64,000 nt of DNA. Origin: Candidatus Omnitrophota bacterium (GTDB lineage: Bacteria; Omnitrophota; Omnitrophia; JAHJGZ01; JAFGJY01). This document shows, piece after piece, positions 20,040 to 29,350 of this stretch (positions are counted from its first letter, which is position 1; each line of letters begins with the position of its first letter). The position numbers and the translations under genes were made by a program. The notes below the pieces were generated by a model. It ran no database searches. It saw nothing but the letters and a program-made list of their open reading frames with translations, and had not been told where the DNA came from. The stretch spans positions 1,996 to 65,995 of the forward strand of contig JAFGJY010000019.1 of the NCBI GenBank assembly GCA_016928875.1, read 5' to 3'.

Positions 20040-21076
20040 CGCTTTACAAAGGCCTCGTCTTTAAAAACCGAAGGGTAATAACAGTCATAACGATTGCATG
20101 TAACGTGAAACACCTTTTTAAATAACGTCTTACATTTTTGCACGTATTCTTTTTTTGAAATAGCATCATCGATCAAGAATCCTAATGATTCTTTAATAAA
20201 TAATGTTGCTTTTACTTTCTCTTCCAAGGGTAAATTTCTATCCAGGACTTTTAGGTTACGAGCGCCGATCCTCATTAAGTCATATATAGCACAGGCACCA
20301 CAGCCTTCGATGTCCCGGTCCATCCAATATTTAAACGGTATTGAAGAAGTTTTATTCTTAGTTTTATTTAAGAAGACTCTTTGTCGACGAAATCGGCTCC
20401 GACATCCGCCGGCAAAGCCGCGCTTCGATATACGTGAGGAGCTATAAAAAAAGATGTTTTCCCTTCCAATTCCCTCTTCATTCAATTCACCGGTATCTTC
20501 TTTGCAGTACGTGCAAAGGCCGTCTTCAAAATAACATTGGTCATGGATAATGAATATTTCATATTCCATGTCCGCGTCGTGTATTATCACGTCCCGGATT
20601 TCGCCGATTGTCATTGCTCTAGGTAAAACCACCCTCGTCGCACCCAATGATCTATAAAATTCCACAGCACTGCTATTACAAATGACAGCATCCGTACCGA
20701 TCACGACATCTTTACCACTCAGCACCGCCGGATCCATACGTATAAGCAATGCTGGGTCTGCAAATATTATCCCATCAGCGCCCGCAGACAATACGTCCCG
20801 AATAATACGCTCTGCCATCTCATATTGTTCATCTAAATAATAAAATGCGTTCATAGCAACGTGAACTTTAACACCATGCTTATGAGCTACAGAAATAGCG
20901 TTATCAAGATCAGCCAGTTTCGTAAAATTAGCATGTGACGAACGCTGGTTAATACTAAAGTTTTTATATCTCTTTCGCCAGCTATGCGGTTCTATGCCAC
21001 AGAACAACTCATCAGCCCCCGCCTCACACAACGGTTCCACTTCATAAATATGCGCTAAAGGAGATTTGATTCTCAT
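20036..21076 (-). CDS. U32 family protein (UbiU/TrhP-like Fe-S hydroxylase fold)
   Basis: GADELFCG, IFADP, LGATRVVLPR, EIFIIHDQC-x6-C, CGAC, LKVLDR; ATG at 21076 overlaps the upstream stop. Confidence 0.82.
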   Translation of the reverse strand: MRIKSPLAHIYEVEPLCEAGADELFCGIEPHSWRKRYKNFSINQRSSHANFTKLADLDNAISVAHKHGVKVHVAMNAFYYLDEQYEMAERIIRDVLSAGADGIIFADPALLIRMDPAVLSGKDVVIGTDAVICNSSAVEFYRSLGATRVVLPRAMTIGEIRDVIIHDADMEYEIFIIHDQCYFEDGLCTYCKEDTGELNEEGIGRENIFFYSSSRISKRGFAGGCRSRFRRQRVFLNKTKNKTSSIPFKYWMDRDIEGCGACAIYDLMRIGARNLKVLDRNLPLEEKVKATLFIKESLGFLIDDAISKKEYVQKCKTLFKKVFHVTCNRYDCYYPSVFKDEAFVKR

Positions 21077-21798
21077 TGATTTCCGAAGCTCTTCATGCAT
21101 AATGGATCATTTCTTAACATGGTTACTTGACACTTTGTCTGCTCCTGGCATGCCCGGCAATGATTTAAACCACCGCTTACCCCGCTAAAAACACTGGCCC
21201 TGGCTTCTACTTCATGCCTGACCTCATCATTGTTTATAACTGCCAAGCACTTGGTCATATCGAATCGAAATGTTTCGAGTGTAGTGCCTGAAAAAGCGTG
21301 TCCCGGACATGCGTGATGGCATCGTAAGCAATCAGTATTACATGCGGGAAGGTATTCGGGCAAATTAGGTTTTTGATATCCTTTGATCTCATCGCAAAAG
21401 GCCCATGCAACTATTTTGCAATCAAAACCAAACTTAGGGTTCCAGATCAGATTATTATATCCTCGACAACCAAGACCCGCTTTAACAGCTGCCTCCTTTA
21501 GATCAAGCCTGATCATAAAAATGTTTTTTTTAAAATATGCTGTCAGAATATTTTGTGTTTTCGGCTTGATGTCATAATCATGGGCAACATCGCTATATTT
21601 TACAATGATCAGACTATTTTCTATTTTATTCCAATATTTCTCAGTCCCTTGGTCCAAAGGGATCACCCCTGAAGTAGAATATGCGTCTAGAAGCTTTAAC
21701 TTCATTCTCCCTAATCGCCATGTTTCTTCTTTGTCTAAAACACCGATCTGATATATATCTTCGCGAAAGAGGTTCTTTATTGTTTTGAACTCAATCAT
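21073..21798 (-). CDS. Epoxyqueuosine reductase/reductive dehalogenase-like 4Fe-4S protein
   Basis: LKEAAVKAGLGCRGYNNLIWNPKFG, CNTDCLRCHHACP, CRACQ; ATG at 21798 preferred over 21948. Confidence 0.68.
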   Translation of the reverse strand: MIEFKTIKNLFREDIYQIGVLDKEETWRLGRMKLKLLDAYSTSGVIPLDQGTEKYWNKIENSLIIVKYSDVAHDYDIKPKTQNILTAYFKKNIFMIRLDLKEAAVKAGLGCRGYNNLIWNPKFGFDCKIVAWAFCDEIKGYQKPNLPEYLPACNTDCLRCHHACPGHAFSGTTLETFRFDMTKCLAVINNDEVRHEVEARASVFSGVSGGLNHCRACQEQTKCQVTMLRNDPLCMKSFGNQ

Positions 21799-22864
21799 GG
21801 CATACACTACCCTTTGAATAGTCCATTTCTGCAAAGGCACGGCTTTCCGGTTCGCACGAGCTAAAATCATTATTAAAAAGCCACCCTCGTGCCGGGCACC
21901 ATTTACAATATGAAGCAAGTTCACAGGTATCACACTGATAATTATCACCAGGAGTTATACGGGCAACCAACTCTTTAAGCCGTTTCCAGCACCCTTCAAG
22001 CGAGCTGTCTAATATCTTATATTTAGGATGATCTATCATCAGGCACATCTTTAACTCACCCAGTGGCGTGATCGCAGCCTGCGTTCTCCCCACCCCGCAT
22101 TTGAAAAACTCATGCTGAGTGTATTTTTCGTGGATCATTGACCGGTCACAATCAGGATCGTTAGACCGCTTCTTTTGGGACGAAGGATCCGGCGCCTCTA
22201 TGTTATCTGAGGTATACTTCAAAGGTCTTCGATACTTAAATGGCTCGTATGATCCATCGAGGCACGGAGAAAGCAACGCATCTACACGATGCTGTGCTTT
22301 GAGTGAATGCGCAAATTCCTGTATCTGGTCTATCTCGGTTTCATTGCTGTTTAAAACACACGTCTTGAATCCTAAATGCATTCCCTTAGTATGGAGTAAC
22401 TTTATTACATTAAATACCTTGTCTCGTGAGCCTGGTGCTCGACTAACAGACTCAAAGGTCTCACGACGAATGCCTGGTATGGTTATATCTATTAGATTTG
22501 GGCGTAACAGCGCTAATTGCTCCGCGATATGTTCGTCGATCAATGATCCATTAGTATAGAGAATGATCTGAAATCCTAATTCTTTTGCGTACCAAAGGAT
22601 GTCTACTATATCCTCTCTTACGAACGGTTCTCCTCCGGTAAAGCCCAAGTAAAGACAGCCTATGGCTGAAAGTTGATCTAATATATAAAAGACCTCTGTC
22701 GTTGAGAGCTCTTTATACTTTCTGTAACTGTACGGAATATAACAATGACCGCACTCGAAATTGCAGCGATAGGTTAGTTCGAACATTACGCGTAAAGGAA
22801 AGCCTTTATCATGTGCAACATTATGGATACGTTTTCTGAACTCATCATACTGTTGAGATTTCAT
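21791..22864 (-). CDS. Radical SAM/SPASM peptide maturase
   Basis: ELTYRCNFECGHC, TGGEP, YTNG, SPASM motif CGVG…KMC…CDTCELASYCKWCP. Confidence 0.88.
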   Translation of the reverse strand: MKSQQYDEFRKRIHNVAHDKGFPLRVMFELTYRCNFECGHCYIPYSYRKYKELSTTEVFYILDQLSAIGCLYLGFTGGEPFVREDIVDILWYAKELGFQIILYTNGSLIDEHIAEQLALLRPNLIDITIPGIRRETFESVSRAPGSRDKVFNVIKLLHTKGMHLGFKTCVLNSNETEIDQIQEFAHSLKAQHRVDALLSPCLDGSYEPFKYRRPLKYTSDNIEAPDPSSQKKRSNDPDCDRSMIHEKYTQHEFFKCGVGRTQAAITPLGELKMCLMIDHPKYKILDSSLEGCWKRLKELVARITPGDNYQCDTCELASYCKWCPARGWLFNNDFSSCEPESRAFAEMDYSKGSVCHD

Positions 22865-24255
22865 TGTACTACCTCATGAGCTTTTGCCTTACGTATGCAC
22901 TTATCTATTTCTATGCTGCTCAGCTCCGTTCTACCCATATTTCTATAACATCGCGCGAGAGCAAGTGCTACGCAGGCATCATCCGGATTTATCTTTTCTT
23001 CCTTTTTGTATTCTTTTATTGCCCCTGTATATTCTTCCATTTTTTCATAACAAAGCCCTAAGAAGAAATGAGCTCCTTTTGCACCGTTCCTTAATTCCAA
23101 GAAACTCCGCGTATACTTTATCGCATCCATATATTGCCCGACATTAAAACAGGCTCTACTTACCAATTCATAAATATATTCTCTATTGCTGCCTGACGAT
23201 GTTTTTAAGATATTTTCATATACCCGTATGGCGTTTAATTCGTCCTGCTTCCGATCTTGTCCTGAGAAGTCTCGATTAACAACCGTTGCCTTGTGAGCGA
23301 GCATAGTGCAGTATCGACAAGCACTGCAGTTACCATCACAAGCGATCATCGCATTAAAGAAATCGCTGTCACGCAGTGTCTTGTAATCGATGTACTCAAA
23401 ATACACAAGTCCGGGACTATCTAATAGTTCTAAGAGATTACCGTTGAACTCCCGGTTAATATAAGATTCAAGACATAATTGGATCCGGTTCGTGGGAAAT
23501 ACACGCGTTGACAATTTATAATAATCAATAAAGGATTCGTAGTAATTCAGTGCCTCAGGCGGTATAAATGGTACACTAAAAACCTTTTCCTTCTTTCGCT
23601 CATAGATCTCCGTACAGGGATTATCGGCAGCAATACCTTCTGCCACCTTATCAGTGATACTGCTATGGTGCGACAGATTATTATAATGCATAACACGATA
23701 TGGGCAATTACGTAAACATCCTTCATTAAGCATTAAACGTATTTTTAGCGCTGTCCGTTCTTTTATCTGTTTGATCAAGGGTATGTTCCTATTTATATCT
23801 CTGTCAATGGTGAGCACATCAACGCCCAGTTCTTTAAGATATACGGCGTGTTCAACGGTTTTAACGTAGCAATTCACTGACGACTCTATGCGAATATCAC
23901 TGATATGTGTCCGTATCTTTGAAATATACACAGGATTTGTAACCACGACTGAACCAAGGCCCATGTCGCGTAATTCCTTTATATAATCCACTAATCTCTC
24001 AAAATATCTCTTATCGAGACCAACACCTCCCTCGCATGTTGCGTTTAATAAAAGTTGAGAGGTGATATTGAGAGAAGTGCACTTCGCGATGATGTTAGGT
24101 ATCTCTTGGGTATAATTGTGTGCCGGTGAAGTGATTCTTCCTGAACCGATGTATTGGACAGGTGCGGGAAAGTAAAGCGCTTCGATATTCTCTTGATAAG
24201 AACTTAGAAGGTCAAGCAGCTGAGCATCATGGTTATAACCAATTGAGAACTTCAT
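22861..24255 (-). CDS. U32-family protein with C-terminal Cys cluster and TPRs
   Basis: LLLNATC, VVVTNP, SSVNC, DRDINR, MLNEGC..NCP, YKLSTR, CDGNCSACRYC, then TPR helices. Confidence 0.75.
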   Translation of the reverse strand: MKFSIGYNHDAQLLDLLSSYQENIEALYFPAPVQYIGSGRITSPAHNYTQEIPNIIAKCTSLNITSQLLLNATCEGGVGLDKRYFERLVDYIKELRDMGLGSVVVTNPVYISKIRTHISDIRIESSVNCYVKTVEHAVYLKELGVDVLTIDRDINRNIPLIKQIKERTALKIRLMLNEGCLRNCPYRVMHYNNLSHHSSITDKVAEGIAADNPCTEIYERKKEKVFSVPFIPPEALNYYESFIDYYKLSTRVFPTNRIQLCLESYINREFNGNLLELLDSPGLVYFEYIDYKTLRDSDFFNAMIACDGNCSACRYCTMLAHKATVVNRDFSGQDRKQDELNAIRVYENILKTSSGSNREYIYELVSRACFNVGQYMDAIKYTRSFLELRNGAKGAHFFLGLCYEKMEEYTGAIKEYKKEEKINPDDACVALALARCYRNMGRTELSSIEIDKCIRKAKAHEVVQ

Positions 24256-24261
24256 TTATAT

Positions 24262-25353
24262 CTATCTTTGTTTTGAACAATGTAATGCTTCCCTATACCG
24301 TTTATTCTCTTCAGCGAGTCGGCAATAGTATTCAACGGGTGCTTCTTCGTCACCAGTCTCAAGCAGCGCCTTTGCCGGACAGGTAAAACAGAGAGCTTTT
24401 AGATCACAAAACTGACATTTTGAGTTGGTCTTAAACTCCTCTTTTAACAATTGCGGGAATGTGTGATAAAAGCCTTCTTTGAACGGCGTTGTTCTTAGAT
24501 CTACGCTAAATTTATCAGTGAGGATACAGAACTTAAGCCTTCCATACGGATTGACAAAAAACTGCCTCATCCAACTATTGCATTGATACAAATAACGTCT
24601 ATCCCTTTGGAGGTCTTCGTATCCACTATGCAGACATTTTTTGTATTCCTTCCAGATATCGGGATCATCTTTTCTGGCTTCCATGAGCTCATCAAAAGAA
24701 AGTCGATATCGACACGACGAAGTATCACCATTGAGCCGGGGCGAAATTATCGGGTCATATTTAAAGCGATATGCATTCTTAGACAGCTTCCCGATATTCT
24801 GTTCCGTCCATTCTTTTATCTTCGGGATTTCGTCTTTATTGACAGAAAGGTAATTTGATTTTATCATCAAATAAAGCCCACCATGTATCATTTTGTTGAT
24901 TGCCGTCATACACCGCTCAAAAGATCCCTCAACCTGCGTCACCGTTTCATAGGTATCCTTTGTTATGCCATTTAAGGTCACCTCTATCAGCATAGGAGGA
25001 GATTTTATTAAATATTCTATTACTGTATCACTTACGGCATGAGCATTGGTAAATAAAGTGATGATAAAGCCCTTATCCTTCGCATACGAATATAGCTCAA
25101 GAAAATCATCTCGTAATGATGGTTCGCCGCCACTCATAGTGAGCCAGACGCAACCTTCTCTCTGTATTTCATCAAAGATCTCCTTCCACTCATTGAGAGA
25201 TAATTCTTGGCTTTTATCTTCGTTCCCCTTACAGTAACAATGAATACAATCGAGATCGCAACGGTAGGTAAGTTCAATATGACCATGCAACGGTTTATGA
25301 TCCCATTTATTGGCTACTGTCTTGTGGAAGTCACCAAAATCGATGTGCTTCAT
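24262..25353 (-). CDS. Radical SAM/SPASM peptide maturase
   Basis: ELTYRCDLDCIHC, SGGEP, SPASM motif C…G.LKFC…CQFCDLKALCFTCP…YC. Confidence 0.88.
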   Translation of the reverse strand: MKHIDFGDFHKTVANKWDHKPLHGHIELTYRCDLDCIHCYCKGNEDKSQELSLNEWKEIFDEIQREGCVWLTMSGGEPSLRDDFLELYSYAKDKGFIITLFTNAHAVSDTVIEYLIKSPPMLIEVTLNGITKDTYETVTQVEGSFERCMTAINKMIHGGLYLMIKSNYLSVNKDEIPKIKEWTEQNIGKLSKNAYRFKYDPIISPRLNGDTSSCRYRLSFDELMEARKDDPDIWKEYKKCLHSGYEDLQRDRRYLYQCNSWMRQFFVNPYGRLKFCILTDKFSVDLRTTPFKEGFYHTFPQLLKEEFKTNSKCQFCDLKALCFTCPAKALLETGDEEAPVEYYCRLAEENKRYREALHCSKQR

Positions 25354-25493
25354 ACAACCCCTTTATCTTTTGCCGACTATGATGGTATGTAAGATAAGCC
25401 CAATGTGGTCGATGTTCTAGCGGAGACGTTATTATTAGATGGTAAGAAATTATAACTGCACCGTAACCTGTACTGCTTACTATTCAAACGATC

Positions 25494-25745
25494 TTAGGAA
25501 CTTGCTGTACCTGAGGTATGAGCAAAGCCGTAGTATCCCGTAAGTGGATTAGTATAGCACGGTTTGTGGTTCGTTGAGTCTCTCCCCCACGTGCACATTG
25601 CACGGTCAATATAGCTACTGTGTGCGATCCAGCTTCGGTGTGTCCATTGCATCCCGATCGCCATGCACGTACACGCGAGCACTGCCTGCTCGGGATTAAG
25701 CTTTACTCTGGTGATCTCAGGTTTGAATTTTGGTTTTTTTGCCAT
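25494..25745 (-). CDS. RiPP precursor peptide of cassette B
   Basis: 83 aa between PqqD and the first rSAM/SPASM gene; RBS GAGGAG; basic leader KKPKFKPEITRVKLNPEQAVLA; core rich in Cys/Trp/Tyr/His/Thr/Ser, ending TASS. Confidence 0.8.
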   Translation of the reverse strand: MAKKPKFKPEITRVKLNPEQAVLACTCMAIGMQWTHRSWIAHSSYIDRAMCTWGRDSTNHKPCYTNPLTGYYGFAHTSGTASS

Positions 25746-25756
25746 TTTTTATCTCC

Positions 25757-26044
25757 TCATATTGACTTAAGAGCCTGTATTTCCCGCAGTTCTTCTAAAT
25801 ATTTTTGCATTTCTTCTTCTATTTCCTCTGGTGTGGCGTCATATTTCTTTAAGATCTCTGCTTTTATATCAGCCACCGTTTTTTTTCCATCGATCAATCC
25901 CCACACCTCCGAAGCAACCTTGTTCAGCGTATAGATGCAATCAATATCGTTGGAAGATTTATAGATCGGAAGAAGAATCGTCTCATCATCGATCACTCTT
26001 GTTACCATATCTTCGTTCTTACGCAAAATCGTGGTATTTTCCAT
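25757..26044 (-). CDS. PqqD family RiPP recognition element
   Basis: 95 aa; VTRVIDDETIL…LNKVASEVWGLIDGKKTV..I…Y…L.EL. Confidence 0.88.
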   Translation of the reverse strand: MENTTILRKNEDMVTRVIDDETILLPIYKSSNDIDCIYTLNKVASEVWGLIDGKKTVADIKAEILKKYDATPEEIEEEMQKYLEELREIQALKSI

Positions 26045-26057
26045 CTTTTAGCTCCTT

Positions 26058-27545
26058 TTATCCTATTACATTATTTGTACGTATTTTTTTAATTTGCTTA
26101 TCTATCATTTGCAGCTTTCTGGCAAGTTCTCGCGAGCCATGGCCGGTCTTCTTGCCTTTCTTGTTTATACTTTGTTTTCTACGTAACTCATTAAATTTAA
26201 TGCGAATAAGAGTAATCATATCATCTGAAATGGTATAATTCAAACCTATTTTTAGGATCCTAATTATCGCATTGTCGATATTGTAGCCAAACCTTATTGT
26301 GTCAGAATATTTTTTAACAGCTGCTTCATAATTCCCCTCTTTTTCATATATCTGGGCTACCATATAATAACACTCAGGTGCCATCGGCTCAATAGCCAGA
26401 TAGGACAGCAACAATTTCTTTGCGATAGAATATTCCTTTAACCCAAATTCTGCCTGCCCCAAACCTAAAAGGGCTTGAGATGTTGCCCTAGAAAATAGTT
26501 TATCTCGACTGGCTTTGAGCGCAGAAGAAAATAACATTCGAGCTTTGATAAACTCTTTATCTTTTAATGCAATAAACCCCAAGCCACAAAGACAAAAGGA
26601 ATTCTCAGGATCGGCCGCATTGATCCTTAAGAACTCTTTGTGCGCCTTGGAGAATTTACGCACACCAAAATACAACGGCCCATAATTATTATCCCCGGCT
26701 CGATAAGTATGATTTAATGTAATAGCCTTCTTATAAAGATCTTTTTTATCAGAAGAAGTAAAGAGAGAGAAATAGTGTGCCGCCTCAGAATTCCGTAGAA
26801 AACGCTTTCTAAACTGTTTCGGGGAGAAAAGATAGGCGATTTCATCACCAAAATGTTTATAAACCATAGGTGTATATCCGCCGTTTACAGAATAGGCGAT
26901 AGTAATGATTTCCGGATCTAGTATCTTTTGTTTAAGTCTTTCCACTAAACAGTTCGGTGAGATCCATGGTTTGCGTTTCCCTATGTTTGTCGTATTTTCA
27001 GCATTCACAAGACTGTCTACAACCAAATAATCAGTATCAATGTCTAGTAATACATTCCTCTGCAAAAGCGGTAATTTTTCTAATGTAGATATAATGAACT
27101 TTCTTCCAAATAACTCTGTTTCGAATATCCCTTGGTTCAATGTGTAAGATAAACGCCCACGGTTGGACGGATCTCGTTTTGCTAAATTCCTCAGTATTCT
27201 TTTTATAAATACGGTCGATTCTTTAAATTCCTTCGATCCTCCGGGGACGATCCAATAAAAATCCTTGACGATTTCCGCCTCGATCGCCGGGTAAATATAG
27301 TTACCAATATTGGTCTGCTTATCAAGATCACTTTGGTACTGTTTGAAAGCGAGTGTATACTCTAGTTTTTGCTTCAATTCCTTTACGCTTGTTGCCGTAT
27401 TGAATATTGTATCTATTGGTTGAGCCTGATGAAATCCAAAATCCATATGAGCATCGATATGTACCAGATCAAGGCCTTTGATCTGGTTATCTCTCCAGAC
27501 CTTCAATGCCTCATCATGATCTTCAATAAGGAATATTTTAGCCAT
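26058..27545 (-). CDS. UPF0489 (peptide arginase-like) domain + TPR protein
   Basis: IEDHDEAL..W, LVHIDAHMD, IGNYIYPA, LLDIDTDY, IAYS.NGGYTP; C-terminal TPRs. Confidence 0.75.
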   Translation of the reverse strand: MAKIFLIEDHDEALKVWRDNQIKGLDLVHIDAHMDFGFHQAQPIDTIFNTATSVKELKQKLEYTLAFKQYQSDLDKQTNIGNYIYPAIEAEIVKDFYWIVPGGSKEFKESTVFIKRILRNLAKRDPSNRGRLSYTLNQGIFETELFGRKFIISTLEKLPLLQRNVLLDIDTDYLVVDSLVNAENTTNIGKRKPWISPNCLVERLKQKILDPEIITIAYSVNGGYTPMVYKHFGDEIAYLFSPKQFRKRFLRNSEAAHYFSLFTSSDKKDLYKKAITLNHTYRAGDNNYGPLYFGVRKFSKAHKEFLRINAADPENSFCLCGLGFIALKDKEFIKARMLFSSALKASRDKLFSRATSQALLGLGQAEFGLKEYSIAKKLLLSYLAIEPMAPECYYMVAQIYEKEGNYEAAVKKYSDTIRFGYNIDNAIIRILKIGLNYTISDDMITLIRIKFNELRRKQSINKKGKKTGHGSRELARKLQMIDKQIKKIRTNNVIG

Positions 27546-27628
27546 TAGTGCTTATCTCCAATTTGATCCCGGAAAAAGTTCCTGTATGATGCACGTTCTG
27601 CCATGGGTTGAGTATGTAACATCCCCCC

Positions 27629-28957
27629 TCAGGACTCATCTAAGAAATACCATTTAAAGAATTCTTCTCGGAATTTATCCCTCTTTTCAAAGAGGACATT
27701 GTTCGTAGGGACCTTGCCTTCTTCCCGCGCACGGTCATCTACTGCCACATGTGAGGATAATTCTTGTTCTATGAGTGAATGATACTCAATATGATGAATC
27801 CCTGAAAATATCTTCAAGAAGAACAAAGCATACGGAGTGTAAAAAGAGATAAAATCAATTGGACGTTTGTTCCTGTATGACTCCCAGTCCCCAGAGATCA
27901 TTTTTACTTTCTCTGTGGCCAAAAGGGCCACTAGTTTATCGATAATATTTGAATACTCATATTTTTTAACTGAAGATCGTGCGTTTTTCTCCATAACCGC
28001 GACTTCTTTTCGATTCTGCAGATAATGAGAAATCCAATGTATCCACTCTTCTTTATTAATATCAACATCATACGCAGAAATAGATTTAAGGGGGATGATC
28101 ACACCATTTATACCGTTCGTAATAAATTCTGAATTAGCAGCCCAATCAGATGCAATAACCGGCAATCCACAGGCCAATGCCTCAATATTGACAAGGCTAA
28201 ACGTTTCGTATCGTGCAAAGGTAGGGTTTAGTAAGAATAAGCTTCTGCTGAGCATCTCCAGCTTTTCGATCCCAACACGCAATCCTTCAAAGCGGACATA
28301 TTCTTCAAGATGTTTTTCCGCAATACGATTGTTAAGCGTAGAAACGTAATCGGACGGCGTGGTATCATCAAGATAATCTCCGTACAAGGGACCAATGATC
28401 TTTAGATGTGCCGGACCTGCCTTTGCAATGATCTCATCCCACCATTCAATCAAGAATGTGAGTCCTTTATCATAAGAAAGACGTCCTAAAAAGCATACAC
28501 TGTTTTCCTTCTTTTGTTCTTTTACTGTACGGATTTCTTCAAAATCAAGGCCGTAGGGTATAATATGAACAGTGGCTCTTTTTGTGAGTTTTTCAAATAA
28601 TCGTTTGCAGTATGCAGAGGGAACAATTACTACATCATGGTTTTCTAACAGTGGAAGAGCGGCGGCCATCCTGAAGAAAGATATGTAGATTGTGTGGACC
28701 CTAACAAGGTAAGGCACGGTGTAGCTACACTTTTTTCTTACAATAAGCGATAACAACAAATATTCTTGATCATCAATGTAAAGATAGTTAATATTCCTCT
28801 CTAAAAGCCTTGCAATGGCAGATTCAATTTGATTCGAATTCGATATTTCTTCCTTGAGCAGCTCGACCTTCCTCCCGAGATATTCAAAAAAGGTGCTTTC
28901 GATCGATTTCATCGAAATGAATGTAACTGACGATCTAACAACAGTACCTATTTTCAT
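27629..28957 (-). CDS. Glycosyltransferase family 4
   Basis: IPYGLD, FLGRLSYDKG, ETFSLVNIEALACGLPVIASD, NGVII. Confidence 0.85.
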   Translation of the reverse strand: MKIGTVVRSSVTFISMKSIESTFFEYLGRKVELLKEEISNSNQIESAIARLLERNINYLYIDDQEYLLLSLIVRKKCSYTVPYLVRVHTIYISFFRMAAALPLLENHDVVIVPSAYCKRLFEKLTKRATVHIIPYGLDFEEIRTVKEQKKENSVCFLGRLSYDKGLTFLIEWWDEIIAKAGPAHLKIIGPLYGDYLDDTTPSDYVSTLNNRIAEKHLEEYVRFEGLRVGIEKLEMLSRSLFLLNPTFARYETFSLVNIEALACGLPVIASDWAANSEFITNGINGVIIPLKSISAYDVDINKEEWIHWISHYLQNRKEVAVMEKNARSSVKKYEYSNIIDKLVALLATEKVKMISGDWESYRNKRPIDFISFYTPYALFFLKIFSGIHHIEYHSLIEQELSSHVAVDDRAREEGKVPTNNVLFEKRDKFREEFFKWYFLDES

Positions 28958-29350
28958 TGCATCACTATGTCTTTTGTAACAATAAAAGCACGCAATAAAA
29001 TAAAAGTGCAGTTCTTACAAAGCATATCTTCATTTGCTTACCCCATTTTGGGAAAGTTACATGAGTTTGACGGAGCTCAAGCTCCTAACACCTCTATCCA
29101 GTGTCTGGTACTCTAACAAAATTGGCTTCCCCATATTATCAATATGTACTCGCAAGAATGATGGGCGCTTAAGGATTCTAAACTTAACCCCATTTCTTGT
29201 AAGGGAATGCTCTGTGCCAATCAATGCCGAAGGCTGATCCGCCTCTGGTGGAAGCCCAGCTAACCGCACGCAATGAGTAAAATATGTCCAATGCGAACGC
29301 CGAAAGAATGAGTATTATAATCAAGCAGGTCATATTTGCCAAATAGAAAG

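Noticed and set aside
12415-24255. U32 proteins as collagenase-type proteases or housekeeping UbiUV/TrhP
   Set aside because: The legacy 'peptidase' label is poorly supported for this family; these are divergent multiple paralogs embedded in a precursor/PqqD operon with no ubi genes nearby
29057-29269. 70-aa ORF as an additional precursor
   Set aside because: No leader motif or Cys, and its start is derived from a TCCGCC-type repeat
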